Source: Spirochaetota bacterium
Lineage (GTDB): Bacteria; Spirochaetota; UBA4802; UBA5550
Direction of reading: 5' to 3'
Length of the DNA stretch: 64,000 nt
Assembly (NCBI GenBank): GCA_041737965.1
Contig: JBGSQT010000001.1
Span: 33,848-97,847 of the forward strand
Below the pieces are notes generated by a model that was not told the origin of the DNA, did no database searches, and saw nothing but the letters and a program-made list of their open reading frames with translations. The first letter of the stretch is position 1, and each line of letters starts with the position of its first letter. Positions 19,910-31,100 of this stretch are shown here, one piece after another. Position numbers and translations under genes: made by a program.

Positions 19910-20768
19910 AAAATACGTGCTGTTTTCCGAGTCCGGCGAAACCGTATTCCTTTATCTTGTCCTGAAAGTTTTCCCAGTTGTCTCCGTAATGTGTAAGAAA
20001 CAGCTTTTTCTTCACTTCTGGCGATAACTGGTTTAATTCATCGATTCCCGCATGGACGCCCCCGGTAAAGAACTGGCAGTCGTGGAAAATCGCCTCGAAA
20101 TTGAATTTCGATTCATAGAGTTCCACAAGATCATAATCGTATCTTGTGTCGCTTGTAAACATGACCCTGTCGTCAATAATAATTCCGCAGCTCCAAAACG
20201 AGCTCTGCCAGTCTGATGAAGAATCGGGGATGTGCTTGGTCCGCATCATCTTTACATTTATGCTTCCAACGTTGACTTCGAAGGTCTCGCGCGGATAGTC
20301 GGGGAGCCACTGAGGCCTCATTATGCTCCAGAAGTCGCTGAAGGACAGCATGTCACGGGCCTCATCTTCATTATAGGCGCACCCCCCCCGCAGGGACATG
20401 TCCCACAGAATATACTGATATGTCTCGTTTATTATCATGGTGGGTTTCTTTTTCGTCACATATCGTCCCATAAGAGCCACCTCTTCGAGGCCGCCGATAT
20501 GGTCCGCGTGGGAATGGGTGATCAGAAATGTGTCGATCTCGGTCACCGGCACACCGAGCTCTGAAAGGGCCTGGGGGCATTTCGTGCCGCAGTCGATCAA
20601 CAGATGATCGTTGCCCTTCACGATCAGCAGATTGGTCTGATACTGACGTTTGGTGAAAGCGCTTCCGACACCGATGAAAAAGAGTTCCAGGGTGCCTTTG
20701 TTTTTAAGCTCGAGCTTCCGTTTTTCCATCGTTTCAATTTTCATGACTGGACCTCGCCGTTTTATCAA
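19896..20768 (-). CDS. MBL-fold metallo-hydrolase
   Basis: HxHxDH motif ITHSHADHIGG plus downstream His/Asp ligand blocks. Confidence 0.8.
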   Translation of the reverse strand: MIKRRGPVMKIETMEKRKLELKNKGTLELFFIGVGSAFTKRQYQTNLLIVKGNDHLLIDCGTKCPQALSELGVPVTEIDTFLITHSHADHIGGLEEVALMGRYVTKKKPTMIINETYQYILWDMSLRGGCAYNEDEARDMLSFSDFWSIMRPQWLPDYPRETFEVNVGSINVKMMRTKHIPDSSSDWQSSFWSCGIIIDDRVMFTSDTRYDYDLVELYESKFNFEAIFHDCQFFTGGVHAGIDELNQLSPEVKKKLFLTHYGDNWENFQDKIKEYGFAGLGKQHVFYVFE

Positions 20769-20841
20769 TAATCATCGGCATTGCAATGATGCCGTCACTT
20801 TGTTGACAGGCTCGATTAGCCGGACGATATCATTCCGAAAA

Positions 20842-21522
20842 TCACTGGTTTTCGATGCGGAAATTGAGCCTTTTCCACATGTACACCCCGTTTTTATAGA
20901 AGGATATAATGTAAAAATCATTGTCAGTCGCGTGCTCAATGACGTTAAGCGCAATTTTATTTGACTCGTCCGGGACTTTGAGCATATTGTCGGTTGTGAG
21001 CACGAGTTTGAGCTGGTTTGCCGACAAATCGTTGAGGCTTTTAACCCGCTCCTCTTCTCTTTCGTCGTAATAGTCTTCGAAAGTCAGGTTTTCATCGATA
21101 AAGGAATGGTACTTTTCTATATAGGTGTAGTAATCGAAAAAGTCGCCGAACTCCTCGATTCCGGCGGATATGAAATCGTCGTTCACATATATGGTCATGT
21201 AAAAGTATCCGGGCACTTTTTTCCCGATCTGCACCTTTCGCACAACCTCTCGCAGCATCGAGAACTGGCTGTTGAGTATCAGCTCATTAATAATAAAACG
21301 AACATGTTTTTTTTTCGTCCATGGGTACCGTTCAATGATGCGCATAACCTCGGCGTCGAACTGCTTGTAATGTTTTTCCCCGAGGCCGATGACGAAACGG
21401 ATGGGCTGTATTATCCTCGAACCATCGTATTTCGCATCGAGCTTCAGTATATTACGCTGCTTGTTCAGCTGAATTCTGTGCTTGAGCGGTACAAGTATAT
21501 TGTAATCTGTTGTTTCACTCAT
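20842..21522 (-). CDS. Hypothetical protein (226 aa)
   Basis: Clean ORF in an AT-richer segment. A weak N-box-like INELILNS is the only motif. Confidence 0.45.
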   Translation of the reverse strand: MSETTDYNILVPLKHRIQLNKQRNILKLDAKYDGSRIIQPIRFVIGLGEKHYKQFDAEVMRIIERYPWTKKKHVRFIINELILNSQFSMLREVVRKVQIGKKVPGYFYMTIYVNDDFISAGIEEFGDFFDYYTYIEKYHSFIDENLTFEDYYDEREEERVKSLNDLSANQLKLVLTTDNMLKVPDESNKIALNVIEHATDNDFYIISFYKNGVYMWKRLNFRIENQ

Positions 21523-21767
21523 CGGATATGCCGTATTTCCCCCGGTCTTCCTGTTTAATAATTTTTAACAATTATTGGTTTTCATCGATCCGGACGCATT
21601 TGATCGATAAACCGGCGGCGTATGCTAATTGAAAGCATTCGGCCATGAAATGTCAACTGCAATATGCATGCTGTAAGATTGAATATTTGGATTTTTAGAT
21701 CCGACGCGCCGAGACCTCGGTCGGCGTTGATGATTTTCCTGAAAGTGTTGACATAATCCGCCTTTGC

Positions 21768-22364
21768 GTGAATAGAATTTTTTTGAACATTTCAACTGTG
21801 CGGAGTATGATGATGCGTGAGATCAGAAGCTGGAAAAGGGCTCTGAAAATAACCGTGGCACTGGTCGCGGTTTCGTCGTTTTTCTATTTTCTCACCCCGC
21901 TGTTCTCCCTGCAGCGATACGGGATCCGCCCCAGAACCCTCCCGGGACTGGCGGGTATTCTTTTCTCGCCGTTTCTTCATGGTGACATCAATCATCTCAC
22001 TGCCAATTCCCTCAGCTTCCTGATACTGGGGACCGTGTTTTTCGCGATAATCAGGGACCGTGCATTTCTGAAGATCACTCTTTTCGCCGTTCTGGGCGGG
22101 TTCGGGACGTGGCTGCTGGGCCGTCAGGGGAGCAATCATATCGGAATGAGCGGGGTAATCTACGGAATCATGGGGTATATGATGTCTCTGGGGTTTTTCG
22201 AAAAGAGGCTTTCCGCGATCCTTTTGTCTGCCGCCGCTTTTTTCCTTTACGGCGGAGCCTTGTGGGGCGTTCTTCCCGGAAACCCGGCTATGTCCTGGGA
22301 AAGTCATCTGTGCGGATTTATTTCCGGCATCGCTGTCGCCTGGTTTTTTTCTAATAAAAGATGA
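21768..22364 (+). CDS. Rhomboid-family intramembrane serine protease
   Basis: HGDINHLTAN, catalytic GMSGVIYG, catalytic His in HLCGFISGIAVAWF, and six predicted TM segments. The start may be ATG 21807. Confidence 0.8.
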   Translation: MNRIFLNISTVRSMMMREIRSWKRALKITVALVAVSSFFYFLTPLFSLQRYGIRPRTLPGLAGILFSPFLHGDINHLTANSLSFLILGTVFFAIIRDRAFLKITLFAVLGGFGTWLLGRQGSNHIGMSGVIYGIMGYMMSLGFFEKRLSAILLSAAAFFLYGGALWGVLPGNPAMSWESHLCGFISGIAVAWFFSNKR

Positions 22365-22370
22365 ACTCTT

Positions 22371-23183
22371 TCAACGGGTTTTCAGCACCGTGACATGATA
22401 ACACCTCTGCCGGCGCTCCAGGATGGCAAATATGCGCCCTTCATCCTGCATTTCCAGCAGCGTTTCGGTCAGAATGGATCTCAGCTGCCTGCGGATAGAG
22501 GCGCCGCACATGAAGCCCATGCGCGGATTAAGTACCGAGATAAAGGACCGCGTCAGGGAACTCGAGCCGTCGAATGGCGGGGGAGACACGTAATACTCGT
22601 CGTAGAAGATATCGAAACTTGTGCCGAAACTGTGGGTTGACCCTTCGGTGGCGTTGAAATTTTTTCCCCGGAGGCCCTTCTGGTATTCCGCCGTACGAAG
22701 GGCCGACGAAATGGCGATCTTTACCGGCGTGAGGTCAGCCCGTTTCCGCAGGTTACGCTGGAACCGTGCGGTGAGTTCCTTCAATCCCTCCGCCGCCGCG
22801 GGTGTCAGGCAACGGTTTTTCTTTTTCACGTTATAGAAGTAGTGGAATGTATGTTCACCGGTGTCAATCGATACGAGTTCACCTGATTGAATGAATTTTT
22901 CTATTTCAGAGTCGGATGCAACCGGACCCGTGCCGTTTTCCTGCGCTGCCTTGATGTGGTCCTGTTGAAGGTGCCGCCGCAATTCCCGTTCTTTTTCAGC
23001 GTCAATGAAGTCATCGTAAATAGGAAGACGCCTGACGGCGCTCTGTTCTAATTCAAAATACCGTCGCGCGTACTCCTCAAACTCGGTGACTGCCCTGCGC
23101 ATGAAGTGAATATACAGCGCCGTTGCGGAACAGAGTATGATTGATACTCCGGCGATTGCGGCTATGATTTTTCTGATGTTCAA
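22371..23183 (-). CDS. Membrane-anchored peptidase M15 (VanY/LD-carboxypeptidase)-like protein
   Basis: N-terminal TM helix. SALRTAEYQ and STHSFGTSFDI resemble the SxHxxGxAxD zinc-site block of M15 peptidases. Confidence 0.5.
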   Translation of the reverse strand: MNIRKIIAAIAGVSIILCSATALYIHFMRRAVTEFEEYARRYFELEQSAVRRLPIYDDFIDAEKERELRRHLQQDHIKAAQENGTGPVASDSEIEKFIQSGELVSIDTGEHTFHYFYNVKKKNRCLTPAAAEGLKELTARFQRNLRKRADLTPVKIAISSALRTAEYQKGLRGKNFNATEGSTHSFGTSFDIFYDEYYVSPPPFDGSSSLTRSFISVLNPRMGFMCGASIRRQLRSILTETLLEMQDEGRIFAILERRQRCYHVTVLKTR

Positions 23184-23249
23184 TTCGTTCCGCCGTCCCC
23201 GGTTTTATCCCCCCGGGCCCGACAAACGGCTGAAGGCCTTGGAAGAGCC

Positions 23250-23768
23250 TCAGTTTCCCTCACGGAACGCGCCGTTGTCCCAAAAACCATTTTTATACAC
23301 CCTGTCATTATAGTAAAGGATCCCCTGTCCGTGTTTCTTGTCGTCTTTCCACTGGCCGTCGTATTTATATCCGTTGCTGTAATAGTAGACACCGCGTCCT
23401 TCCTTTTTGCCGCGCTCGAAATCGCCTTCGTATTTATCGCCGTTGGAGAAATAGAAGATACCCTTGCCGTCCATCGCCCCGTCCTTGTATGTCCCGACAT
23501 ACCGCTCTCCGTTTCCGTAAAAATAGGTCCCCTGTCCGCCGATCTGGCCTCTTATGAATTGCCCCCGATACTTGTCGCCGTTGGCGAAATAGCAAGTGCC
23601 GCGGCCCTGAATTACCCCTTTGACAAACCTGCCTGCGTACCTGTCGCCGTTGTTGAATCTGTACACGCCCTTGCCGTCATTGCAGTCCCCTCTGATGCAT
23701 TCCGAGTGAAGCGATTGAAGCGTCGCCAGGACCAAGACCGCGGTTGTAATCAGCACGCAGTTTCTCAT
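23250..23768 (-). CDS. Secreted MORN-repeat protein
   Basis: Signal peptide MRNCVLITTAVLVLATL, followed by at least 6 tandem YxGxfxxGxxxGxGxxxxxNGDxY repeats. Confidence 0.85.
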   Translation of the reverse strand: MRNCVLITTAVLVLATLQSLHSECIRGDCNDGKGVYRFNNGDRYAGRFVKGVIQGRGTCYFANGDKYRGQFIRGQIGGQGTYFYGNGERYVGTYKDGAMDGKGIFYFSNGDKYEGDFERGKKEGRGVYYYSNGYKYDGQWKDDKKHGQGILYYNDRVYKNGFWDNGAFREGN

Positions 23769-23988
23769 TTTAATTCTCCGGTCACTGTTCGTATGGGGTA
23801 GTCGCCTTTTCAAATACACAAAAGCGAGTTGCTGCCGATGTATTCACCATACTACAACAATCGGCGGTGTCAAGAAATCTTTCATAGCTGAGGCGCAAGT
23901 GGCCGAAAATATAATTGTACCGCCACGGTCAGCGCGTCCTACATCGCCCCGTGGTAGTGCAAAATTGATAACTGATCAGGAGCCGCCG

Positions 23989-24384
23989 ATGCCGAAAAAT
24001 ATTGCGTATTACCGACAAAATGAAAAAATTATCGAAGTGGGAAAAACCGAGAAAAAGATGTACATTATTCTCGAAGGCGATGTGGAAATCGCCCTGAGCG
24101 ACGGGAAAAACAGGATTGTCGTGGCGGAATTAAAAAAAGGTGATTTTTTCGGTGAAATATCGCTCTTTACCAACACTCCGCGAAGTGCCACTGTCATTGC
24201 CATGAGTGAAGTAAAGCTCGTATACATCGACAGTGTTGACGAATTAAAGGCTTTTTTGATAAAGAACCCCTCATTCGCCGCCAAAATGGTGTCGATTCTG
24301 GCAAAGAGACTGGCAAAAACTGATGAGATCCTTATCGGTAAAATTAGCGAGCTGAACAGGATTAAAATAACCAGGGACCTGTAA
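23989..24384 (+). CDS. Stand-alone cyclic-nucleotide-binding domain protein
   Basis: GDFFGEISL...PRSATV phosphate-binding cassette. ATG 23989 is preceded by aggag. Confidence 0.8.
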   Translation: MPKNIAYYRQNEKIIEVGKTEKKMYIILEGDVEIALSDGKNRIVVAELKKGDFFGEISLFTNTPRSATVIAMSEVKLVYIDSVDELKAFLIKNPSFAAKMVSILAKRLAKTDEILIGKISELNRIKITRDL

Positions 24385-24393
24385 ACCGGGTGC

Positions 24394-24987
24394 TCATTCC
24401 ACCCACACTATTGCGCTGAAGTTTGTCACTCCCTGGCGCTGGATGAATCCCATCCATTTCCTGCTCACTATGGCACCTTCCATGTTCGCCCCCTGCATCT
24501 TTACCGCGGTAAAGTCGACGGCGCTCAGGTCGGCGAATCTGAGATCAGCTTCGCTCAGGTCGGCGCCGAAAAGATTCGCGCCTTTGACATCGGCCTTTGT
24601 CAGGTCGATCTTCCGCCCGTTGCTGGCCCTGATATCGGCGAAGCTGAGATCCGCTCCGCTCATCTTCGCCCCGGACAGGTTCGTGAAGCTCAGGTCTGAT
24701 CCCCTGAGGATCGCCTTTGAAAGGTCGCAGTCCCGAAGATCAGCTTTTTTCAGTATCGCCCCGGTGAGGTCGGTGCCCGTCATTTTCGCGCCTGTCAGAA
24801 GGGCCCCGGAAAGGTTTGCTCCTCTTAGGTCGCGTTTTTTCAGGTCCGCCTGCTGGAGGTTCGCCCCGGCAAGGTAGGCGTTTTTCCCTGCCTCGCGAAG
24901 GGCCTTGTCGCTATATGGCGTGCTGCCGCAACGAAAAAGAATCGTGGATATAAGGATCAAAGTGATTGATACTGTTTTTATCTTCAT
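24394..24987 (-). CDS. Secreted pentapeptide-repeat protein
   Basis: Signal sequence ending in a Cys (LFRCGS), followed by about 30 A(D/N)LxG/A pentapeptide repeats. Confidence 0.85.
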   Translation of the reverse strand: MKIKTVSITLILISTILFRCGSTPYSDKALREAGKNAYLAGANLQQADLKKRDLRGANLSGALLTGAKMTGTDLTGAILKKADLRDCDLSKAILRGSDLSFTNLSGAKMSGADLSFADIRASNGRKIDLTKADVKGANLFGADLSEADLRFADLSAVDFTAVKMQGANMEGAIVSRKWMGFIQRQGVTNFSAIVWVE

Positions 24988-25140
24988 CAAATCTCCCATT
25001 GAGTCTGGTTATATTGTATTAACGTCACCCTGAAAATGCCCGCACTAATGAAAATATAGTAATAATCCGCTGAGGTCAACACATGCGGACTATAACAAAG
25101 GGGTTTGTGCTATGATGAACGCGCGTGCGATGGGAGAATG

Positions 25141-25326
25141 TCAGATGCGGTGGATGTCGAAAAAATCGTCAATAAAGTCATTTTTTTCTATTATATAGGA
25201 GAGTTTGAGCATCTCGTATTCCACCAGCTTCTGGTGATCCCGCCTCTGCCTCCTGAGCCTCCATATCTCCCCGGTCAGCTCGTCAAGGCGGCGGTCATAT
25301 TCCTTTATGGACGAGAAACGGTACAT
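25141..25326 (-). CDS. Small coiled-coil hypothetical protein (61 aa)
   Basis: ggag lies 8-9 nt upstream of the ATG. It sits 62 nt downstream of asnS on the same strand. I recognise no family. Confidence 0.35.
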   Translation of the reverse strand: MYRFSSIKEYDRRLDELTGEIWRLRRQRRDHQKLVEYEMLKLSYIIEKNDFIDDFFDIHRI

Positions 25327-25387
25327 GATGACAGTCTCCGTTGCATACTTACAGTATCGGCCGGAAACAGTCGGAATATTAGCCTGT

Positions 25388-26773
25388 TTAGAATTCCAGC
25401 GTCTTCACGCAGCGCGGGTAGGGGATCACGTCGCGGATGTTCTGCATTCCAGTGACGAACTGGATGAGCCGTTCGAATCCGAGCCCGAATCCGGCATGGG
25501 GAACAGTCCCGAAACGCCGCAGGTCCATGTACCACCAGTAATCGTCGGGATTGAGCCCCATTTCGAGTATCCTGTTTTTAAGCGTACCGTAATCGGACTC
25601 CCTTTCACTGCCGCCGATAATCTCCCCGAGCCTCGGGACCAGTATATCCATGGCCCGGACAGTCCTGCCGTCTTCATTCAGCTTCATGTAAAAGGCCTTT
25701 ATCTCCTTCGGATAATCGATAATGATCACCGGCTTCATGTACACTTTTTCGGTCAGGTACCGCTCGTGTTCGCTCTGCAGGTCCTGCCCCCAGGCCACCG
25801 GATACTCGAATTTCTCGCCGGATTGGATGAGAATGTCCACCGCTTCGGTGTAGGTTATGCGGCGGAATTCGCTTTCGACGATGTTCCGCAGGTTTTCGAT
25901 GACGCCCTTGTTTATCCTGGAGTCGAAAAATTCCATGTCGTCGCGGCAATTGTCCAGTATGTGGGTGAATATGTATTTGAGGAACTCCTCGGCGACGTTC
26001 ATGTTTTGCGTTATATCGCAGAAGGCCATTTCCGGCTCCACCATCCAGAACTCGGCAAGGTGCCGGGAGGTGTTGGAATTTTCCGCCCTGAAGGTGGGGC
26101 CAAAGGTGTAGATGTTGGTGAGGGCGCAGGCGTAGGTTTCCCCTTCAAGCTGGCCGCTCACGGTAAGGGATGCTTTTTTGCCGAAAAAATCGCCGTCGTA
26201 ATCGACATTCCCCTCACGTTTCGGCGGGTCCTCGAGAGAGAGCGTGGTGACGGTAAACATGTCGCCGGCACCCTCGCAGTCGCTTCCGGTGATGATGGGA
26301 GTGTGCACCAGGACAAACCCCCTTTCATGGAAAAATCGATGGATCGCGAAGCTCATTTCGCTTCTGATCCTGGCCACGGCCCCGAAAGTGTTGGTCCTGG
26401 CACGCAGATGGGCGATTTCCCTGAGGAATTCAAATGAATGCCGCTTTTTCTGGAGCGGGTACTCGTCGGCCGGGGACTCTCCCAGAAGCTCGATGGATTC
26501 GGCTTTCAGCTCGACCTGCTGGCCTGTTCCGGGGGATTCGATGAGCCGCCCGGCGATCCTCACACTGCACCCGTTGGTGAGTTTTTGGCCGAGTTTTTTA
26601 AAATCCGGGAGGCCGCCGTCAATGACCGCCTGCAAATTCTTTATGGACGAACCGTCGTTGATCTCAAGAAAGGATATTTCCTTGGAGTCTCTCCTTGTGC
26701 GGACCCAGCCCTCGGCCGTGCACGCGGCTCCCGCGGATCCTGTCAGCAATTCTTTAATGCTCATTCTGTTCAT
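25388..26773 (-). CDS. asnS: Asparagine--tRNA ligase
   Basis: N-terminal OB anticodon-binding domain, [25 protein letters not shown] (motif 2) and GFGLGFERL (motif 3). 461 aa. Confidence 0.95.
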   Translation of the reverse strand: MNRMSIKELLTGSAGAACTAEGWVRTRRDSKEISFLEINDGSSIKNLQAVIDGGLPDFKKLGQKLTNGCSVRIAGRLIESPGTGQQVELKAESIELLGESPADEYPLQKKRHSFEFLREIAHLRARTNTFGAVARIRSEMSFAIHRFFHERGFVLVHTPIITGSDCEGAGDMFTVTTLSLEDPPKREGNVDYDGDFFGKKASLTVSGQLEGETYACALTNIYTFGPTFRAENSNTSRHLAEFWMVEPEMAFCDITQNMNVAEEFLKYIFTHILDNCRDDMEFFDSRINKGVIENLRNIVESEFRRITYTEAVDILIQSGEKFEYPVAWGQDLQSEHERYLTEKVYMKPVIIIDYPKEIKAFYMKLNEDGRTVRAMDILVPRLGEIIGGSERESDYGTLKNRILEMGLNPDDYWWYMDLRRFGTVPHAGFGLGFERLIQFVTGMQNIRDVIPYPRCVKTLEF

Positions 26774-26837
26774 GGTCTCCTCGTCTTTCCGCGCTCACGC
26801 GGCAGGTTCATCATTGTTTGTGTGTCGACCTGGTCTG

Positions 26838-28073
26838 TCAGAAAAGGTAAATGGGGTGCGAATCCGGGTTTTTCCCGAAAAAGGTTACGTCGTCGATCTT
26901 TTTCACCTTTTCCCCCCTCAGGACCGCGTAGAGCGTCCGCTCTACACCGATACCGCCCCCCATGGTGTCCGGAAATAACGGTTCCCCCTTTTTATCCGTC
27001 ATCCGCGCGAAGTAGAGGAAGGGGCCGTATCCCCCCAGCTCGTCGATGTTCTCGATGTTCCCGTTTCTGAACACAGGGCGGACCGGCAGCACCTTGTTGT
27101 CGATGATGCGCTCCACAATCGGTTCGAAGAGCCATTCACGTATGGCGCCGGAAAGTATCTCTTTGGCAGGGGAGTGGGCGCCCGACTTCCTGTCAATGCT
27201 CTTTGCGATGATGTCGTAGTTGAAAATGCTGTCCGAGGGGATGCCGGAAGGGAAGGCCCGGGAGCCGTCCTCTTTTAGGTAGGGATAGACCAGGTCGTAG
27301 TTTTCCCGGAGCAGTCCGGTAATCCAGAAAAACTGCGATTTCGTTTCCTCTCCGATTTTTTCCTCAAAATCCCGTGCACCGTATTTTAAAGCGGCCTCGT
27401 CCTTTTTGAACACCGGAAAGGGTATTTTTGGCACCTCGAGCGCCACTCCCAGGCCCTTTAAGTTCTCTCCATTAATCCTGTTTATCTCCTCGCAGACCCG
27501 GACCAGCAGCCGTTCGAACAGGTTCATGATCGTTCCCATATCCTCCCTGAGCAGGTCGGTGACCCTGGGGACGTTGCGGTAATAATCCTCAATGGTGAGG
27601 CCGCGACGGCGTTTCACCTCGACGTCGATCTGGGAAAAATCGGCCAGGTAGCGGCCCCGCTGGATCCGCATGGGGCTTTCCATCTCCAGGCGTATGTTGG
27701 GGGAGTCGACGAATATCCCCTTCAGGCCGGGATTCGTGCAGGCCAGGAATTTGCTGTAGATCATGCTGTGCGTGGTCAGGTACGTGTGCCCCTTGTAGGG
27801 GATCGAAGGCGTGTGCTCGATGTCGTGGGCCAGGGGATCGGTGATTATGCTGAGCATGACCTTTTCGAGGTTCAGCAGACCCTCCTCTACCAGAAACTGC
27901 GTGGCGGTCTGGACAAAGGTGGTCCGTATCGCCGAAATGTGATACATTTCTTCCGACCGCCATTTTCCCGCGTAATTCTCCCTGATATAGTCCTCCAGGG
28001 TCGATCCGCTTTCGTTCAGGGCGGATTGGAACCTGTAGAGACTCTCGCCGATTAATTTTATATTGTCTTCCAT
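26838..28073 (-). CDS. Class II aminoacyl-tRNA-synthetase-like catalytic-core paralog without an anticodon-binding domain; an AsnA-like function is possible
   Basis: Motif-2-like SPNIRLE...YLADFSQIDVE and motif-3-like GGGIGVERTLYAVLRG. There is no OB-fold N-domain. It is adjacent to asnS. Confidence 0.65.
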   Translation of the reverse strand: MEDNIKLIGESLYRFQSALNESGSTLEDYIRENYAGKWRSEEMYHISAIRTTFVQTATQFLVEEGLLNLEKVMLSIITDPLAHDIEHTPSIPYKGHTYLTTHSMIYSKFLACTNPGLKGIFVDSPNIRLEMESPMRIQRGRYLADFSQIDVEVKRRRGLTIEDYYRNVPRVTDLLREDMGTIMNLFERLLVRVCEEINRINGENLKGLGVALEVPKIPFPVFKKDEAALKYGARDFEEKIGEETKSQFFWITGLLRENYDLVYPYLKEDGSRAFPSGIPSDSIFNYDIIAKSIDRKSGAHSPAKEILSGAIREWLFEPIVERIIDNKVLPVRPVFRNGNIENIDELGGYGPFLYFARMTDKKGEPLFPDTMGGGIGVERTLYAVLRGEKVKKIDDVTFFGKNPDSHPIYLF

Positions 28074-28150
28074 GGACGTGCCGCTCCTGATTTTTTTTCA
28101 CACACTTAATCAGCGGGCGGCGTAATGTCAAGAATAAAGACGGGGGGCGA

Positions 28151-31100
28151 TCAGGCCCCGTGGTATTCCTGAAGCGGCGTGACGCCGAGATCCTCCGATT
28201 TTTTCGCCTCCAGCCCCTTGAGCGCCGCCATGGCGCCGGCGACGGTGGTGATGTAGGGGATTTTGTACTTTATCGCCGCCTTGCGAATGTAGGAGTCGTC
28301 GTACTCGCTCAGCTTTCCGCTGGGCGTGTTGATGATCAGCTGAATCTCGTTGTTCTTTATCCTGTCCACGATGTGGGGCCGGCCCTGGTACACTTTCAGA
28401 ACCGGTTCCGATTGTACCGAGTGCTCGTTGAGAAAGCGGTGAATCCCCTCTGTCGCAAGGATTTTGAACCCGAGCCTGCCGAGTCCCCTGGCGACCTCCA
28501 GCGCGCCCTGCCGGTCGTTCTTGTTCACCGTGAGGAGCACGGTCCCGCTGAGGGGCAGATACTGTTTGGCCGCCTCCTGCGCCTTCAGATAGGCGATCCC
28601 GAAGGTCGGCGCCATTCCGAGCACCTCCCCGGTGGACCGCATCTCGGGTCCGAGCAGGGGGTCCACTTCCGGGAACATATTAAAGGGGAACACCGATTCC
28701 TTGACCCCGAAATGGCTGAGCGCTTTCCGTGACAGGCCGAGGTCCTTCAGCCTGCTCCCCAGCATTACACGGGTTGCCAGGTTCGCCATGGAAATGTTGC
28801 TCACCTTGGATACAAGCGGTACGGTCCTGGACGCCCTCGGGTTGGCCTCCAGGACGTAGACCATGTCGCCGGCGATGGCGTACTGGATGTTGATGAGGCC
28901 CACCACCTTGAGCTCGATGGCGATCCGCTTCGTGTAATCCTCGATTGTGGTGATGTGCTTCTGAGGGATGCTCACCGGCGGGAGCACGCAGGCCGAATCG
29001 CCGGAATGCACGCCGGCGAGCTCGATATGCTCCATCACCGCGGGGACGAACGCGTCGGTTCCGTCGCTGATGGCGTCGGCCTCCGCCTCGATGGCGTTGT
29101 CCAGGAATTTGTCGATCAGTATCGGCCTCTCCGGGCTCACGTCCACCGCGGCGTTGACGTACTGCTCCAGCATCTGCTCGTCGTGTATGATCTCCATCGC
29201 GCGGCCCCCCAGCACATAGGAGGGCCTCACGATGAGGGGGTATCCGATCCTCCCGGCGATACTCTTGGCCTCGTCAAGGGTGCTGGCCATTCCGGATACC
29301 GGCATCGGTATTCCCATCGCCTCCATTACATTCCTGAACCTGTCCCTGTCCTCGGCCAGGTCGATCGAATCCGGCGAAGTGCCGAGAATTTTCACGCCCG
29401 CCCTGAGGAGCTCGCCGGCGATGTTGAGCGGCGTCTGGCCGCCGAACTGCACGATCATCCCCTCCGGTTTTTCCTTTTCATAGATGTTCAGCACGTCCTC
29501 CACGGTCAGCGGCTCGAAATAGAGCTTGTCCGATGTGTCGTAATCTGTCGAGACCGTCTCCGGGTTGCAGTTCACCATTATCGATTCGTATCCCCCGTCG
29601 CGGAGCGCGAAGGCGGCGTGGACGCAGCAGTAATCGAACTCGATCCCCTGGCCGATCCTGTTGGGGCCGCCGCCGAGGACCATGATCTTTTTCTTATCGG
29701 ACACCGGGACCGTGTCATCGGCGTTATAGGTGGAATAGTAGTAGGCTGCGTTTTCCACGCCGCTTACCGGTACCGAGTCCCATCGGCCGGAAAGGCCCGC
29801 CTTCAGGCGCTGTCCGCGTATCTTCATTTCATCGGAGCCGATCAGGCGGGCGATATACCTGTCCGCGAAACCGTCTTTTTTCAGCCTGAGGAGCAGCTCA
29901 CGCGGGACGGTGCCGTTCCGGTGCGCCAACAGCTCCTCTTCAAGGTCCACAAGCTCCTTCATCTGGGTGATGAACCACTTTTTGATAAAGGTTTTTTCAT
30001 GAAGCTGGTCCACCGTCGCCCCCTTGCGGAGCGCCTCGTACATCTGGTACTGGCGCATGCTCGAGGGGACCGTCATGATGCGCATGATTTCGTCGAGGTC
30101 CATGGACCTGATCTTTTCCACACCGCCAAGGCCGTAGCTTCCGGTTTCCATGGAGCGGATCGCCTTCTGAAACGCCTCTTTATAGGTCTTGCCGATGCTC
30201 ATCGCCTCGCCCACGGCCTTCATCTGGGTTCCCAGCTCGTCATTGACCCCGGGGAATTTTTCGAAACCCCACCGGGGGAATTTCACCACAACATAATCGC
30301 CCGAAGGGGTGTACTTGTCCAGAGTGCCGTCCCGCCAGTAGGGTATTTCATCCAGGGTGAGCCCGCAGGCCAGGAGCGCCGAGACATAGGCGATGGGGAA
30401 ACCGGTCGCCTTTGACGCCAGGGCCGAGGAGCGGGACGTCCTCGGGTTTATTTCGATCACCACGACGCGGCCCGTATTCGGGTCGTGGGCGAACTGAATG
30501 TTGGTGCCGCCGATTACGCGTATCGCCTCGACGATGTCGTAGGAGTAGCGCTGGAGTTTTTCCTGCAGGGCCTTTTCAATGGTGAGCATCGGCGCGACGC
30601 AGAATGAGTCGCCGGTATGTATCCCCATCGCGTCGACGTTTTCGATGAAACAGACGGTGATCATGCAGTTTTTTGAGTCCCGGACCACTTCGAGCTCGAG
30701 TTCCTCCCACCCCATCACCGATTCCTCAACGAGAATCTGTCCCACAAGGCTTTCCGAAAGACCTCTGGACGCCACCGTCTGGAGCTCCTCCTTGTTGTAC
30801 ACGTGGCCGCCGCCGGTGCCTCCCATGGTATACGCGGGACGAATCACCACCGGGTACCCCATATCCTGCGCGATCGCTTCCGCCTCCTCGAGACTGTATG
30901 CGGGACTGCTTTTTGGCATTTCGATACCGAGGCCGTTCATGGTCTCCTTGAAGGCGATGCGGTCCTCCCCTTTTTCTATCGCCTCTGCCTCAACGCCGAT
31001 GATCTTCACCCCGTATTTCGCCAGAATCCCCTTTTTGTGCAGTTCCGACGACAGGTTCAGGCCGGTCTGGCCCCCCAGGTTCGGAAGAAGCGCGTCGGGC

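Noticed and set aside
23250-24987. Periodic DNA repeats that could be mistaken for an array.
   Set aside because: The periodicity lies inside ORFs and reflects MORN and pentapeptide protein repeats. There is no repeat-spacer organisation, and I saw no CRISPR array anywhere in the window.
25307-26437. A 376-aa plus-strand ORF.
   Set aside because: It is antisense to asnS, which is clearly real.
28955-30415. A 486-aa plus-strand ORF inside carB.
   Set aside because: It is antisense to carB, whose homology is unambiguous along its full length. Its composition is R/H/L/V-rich and typical of antisense frames.
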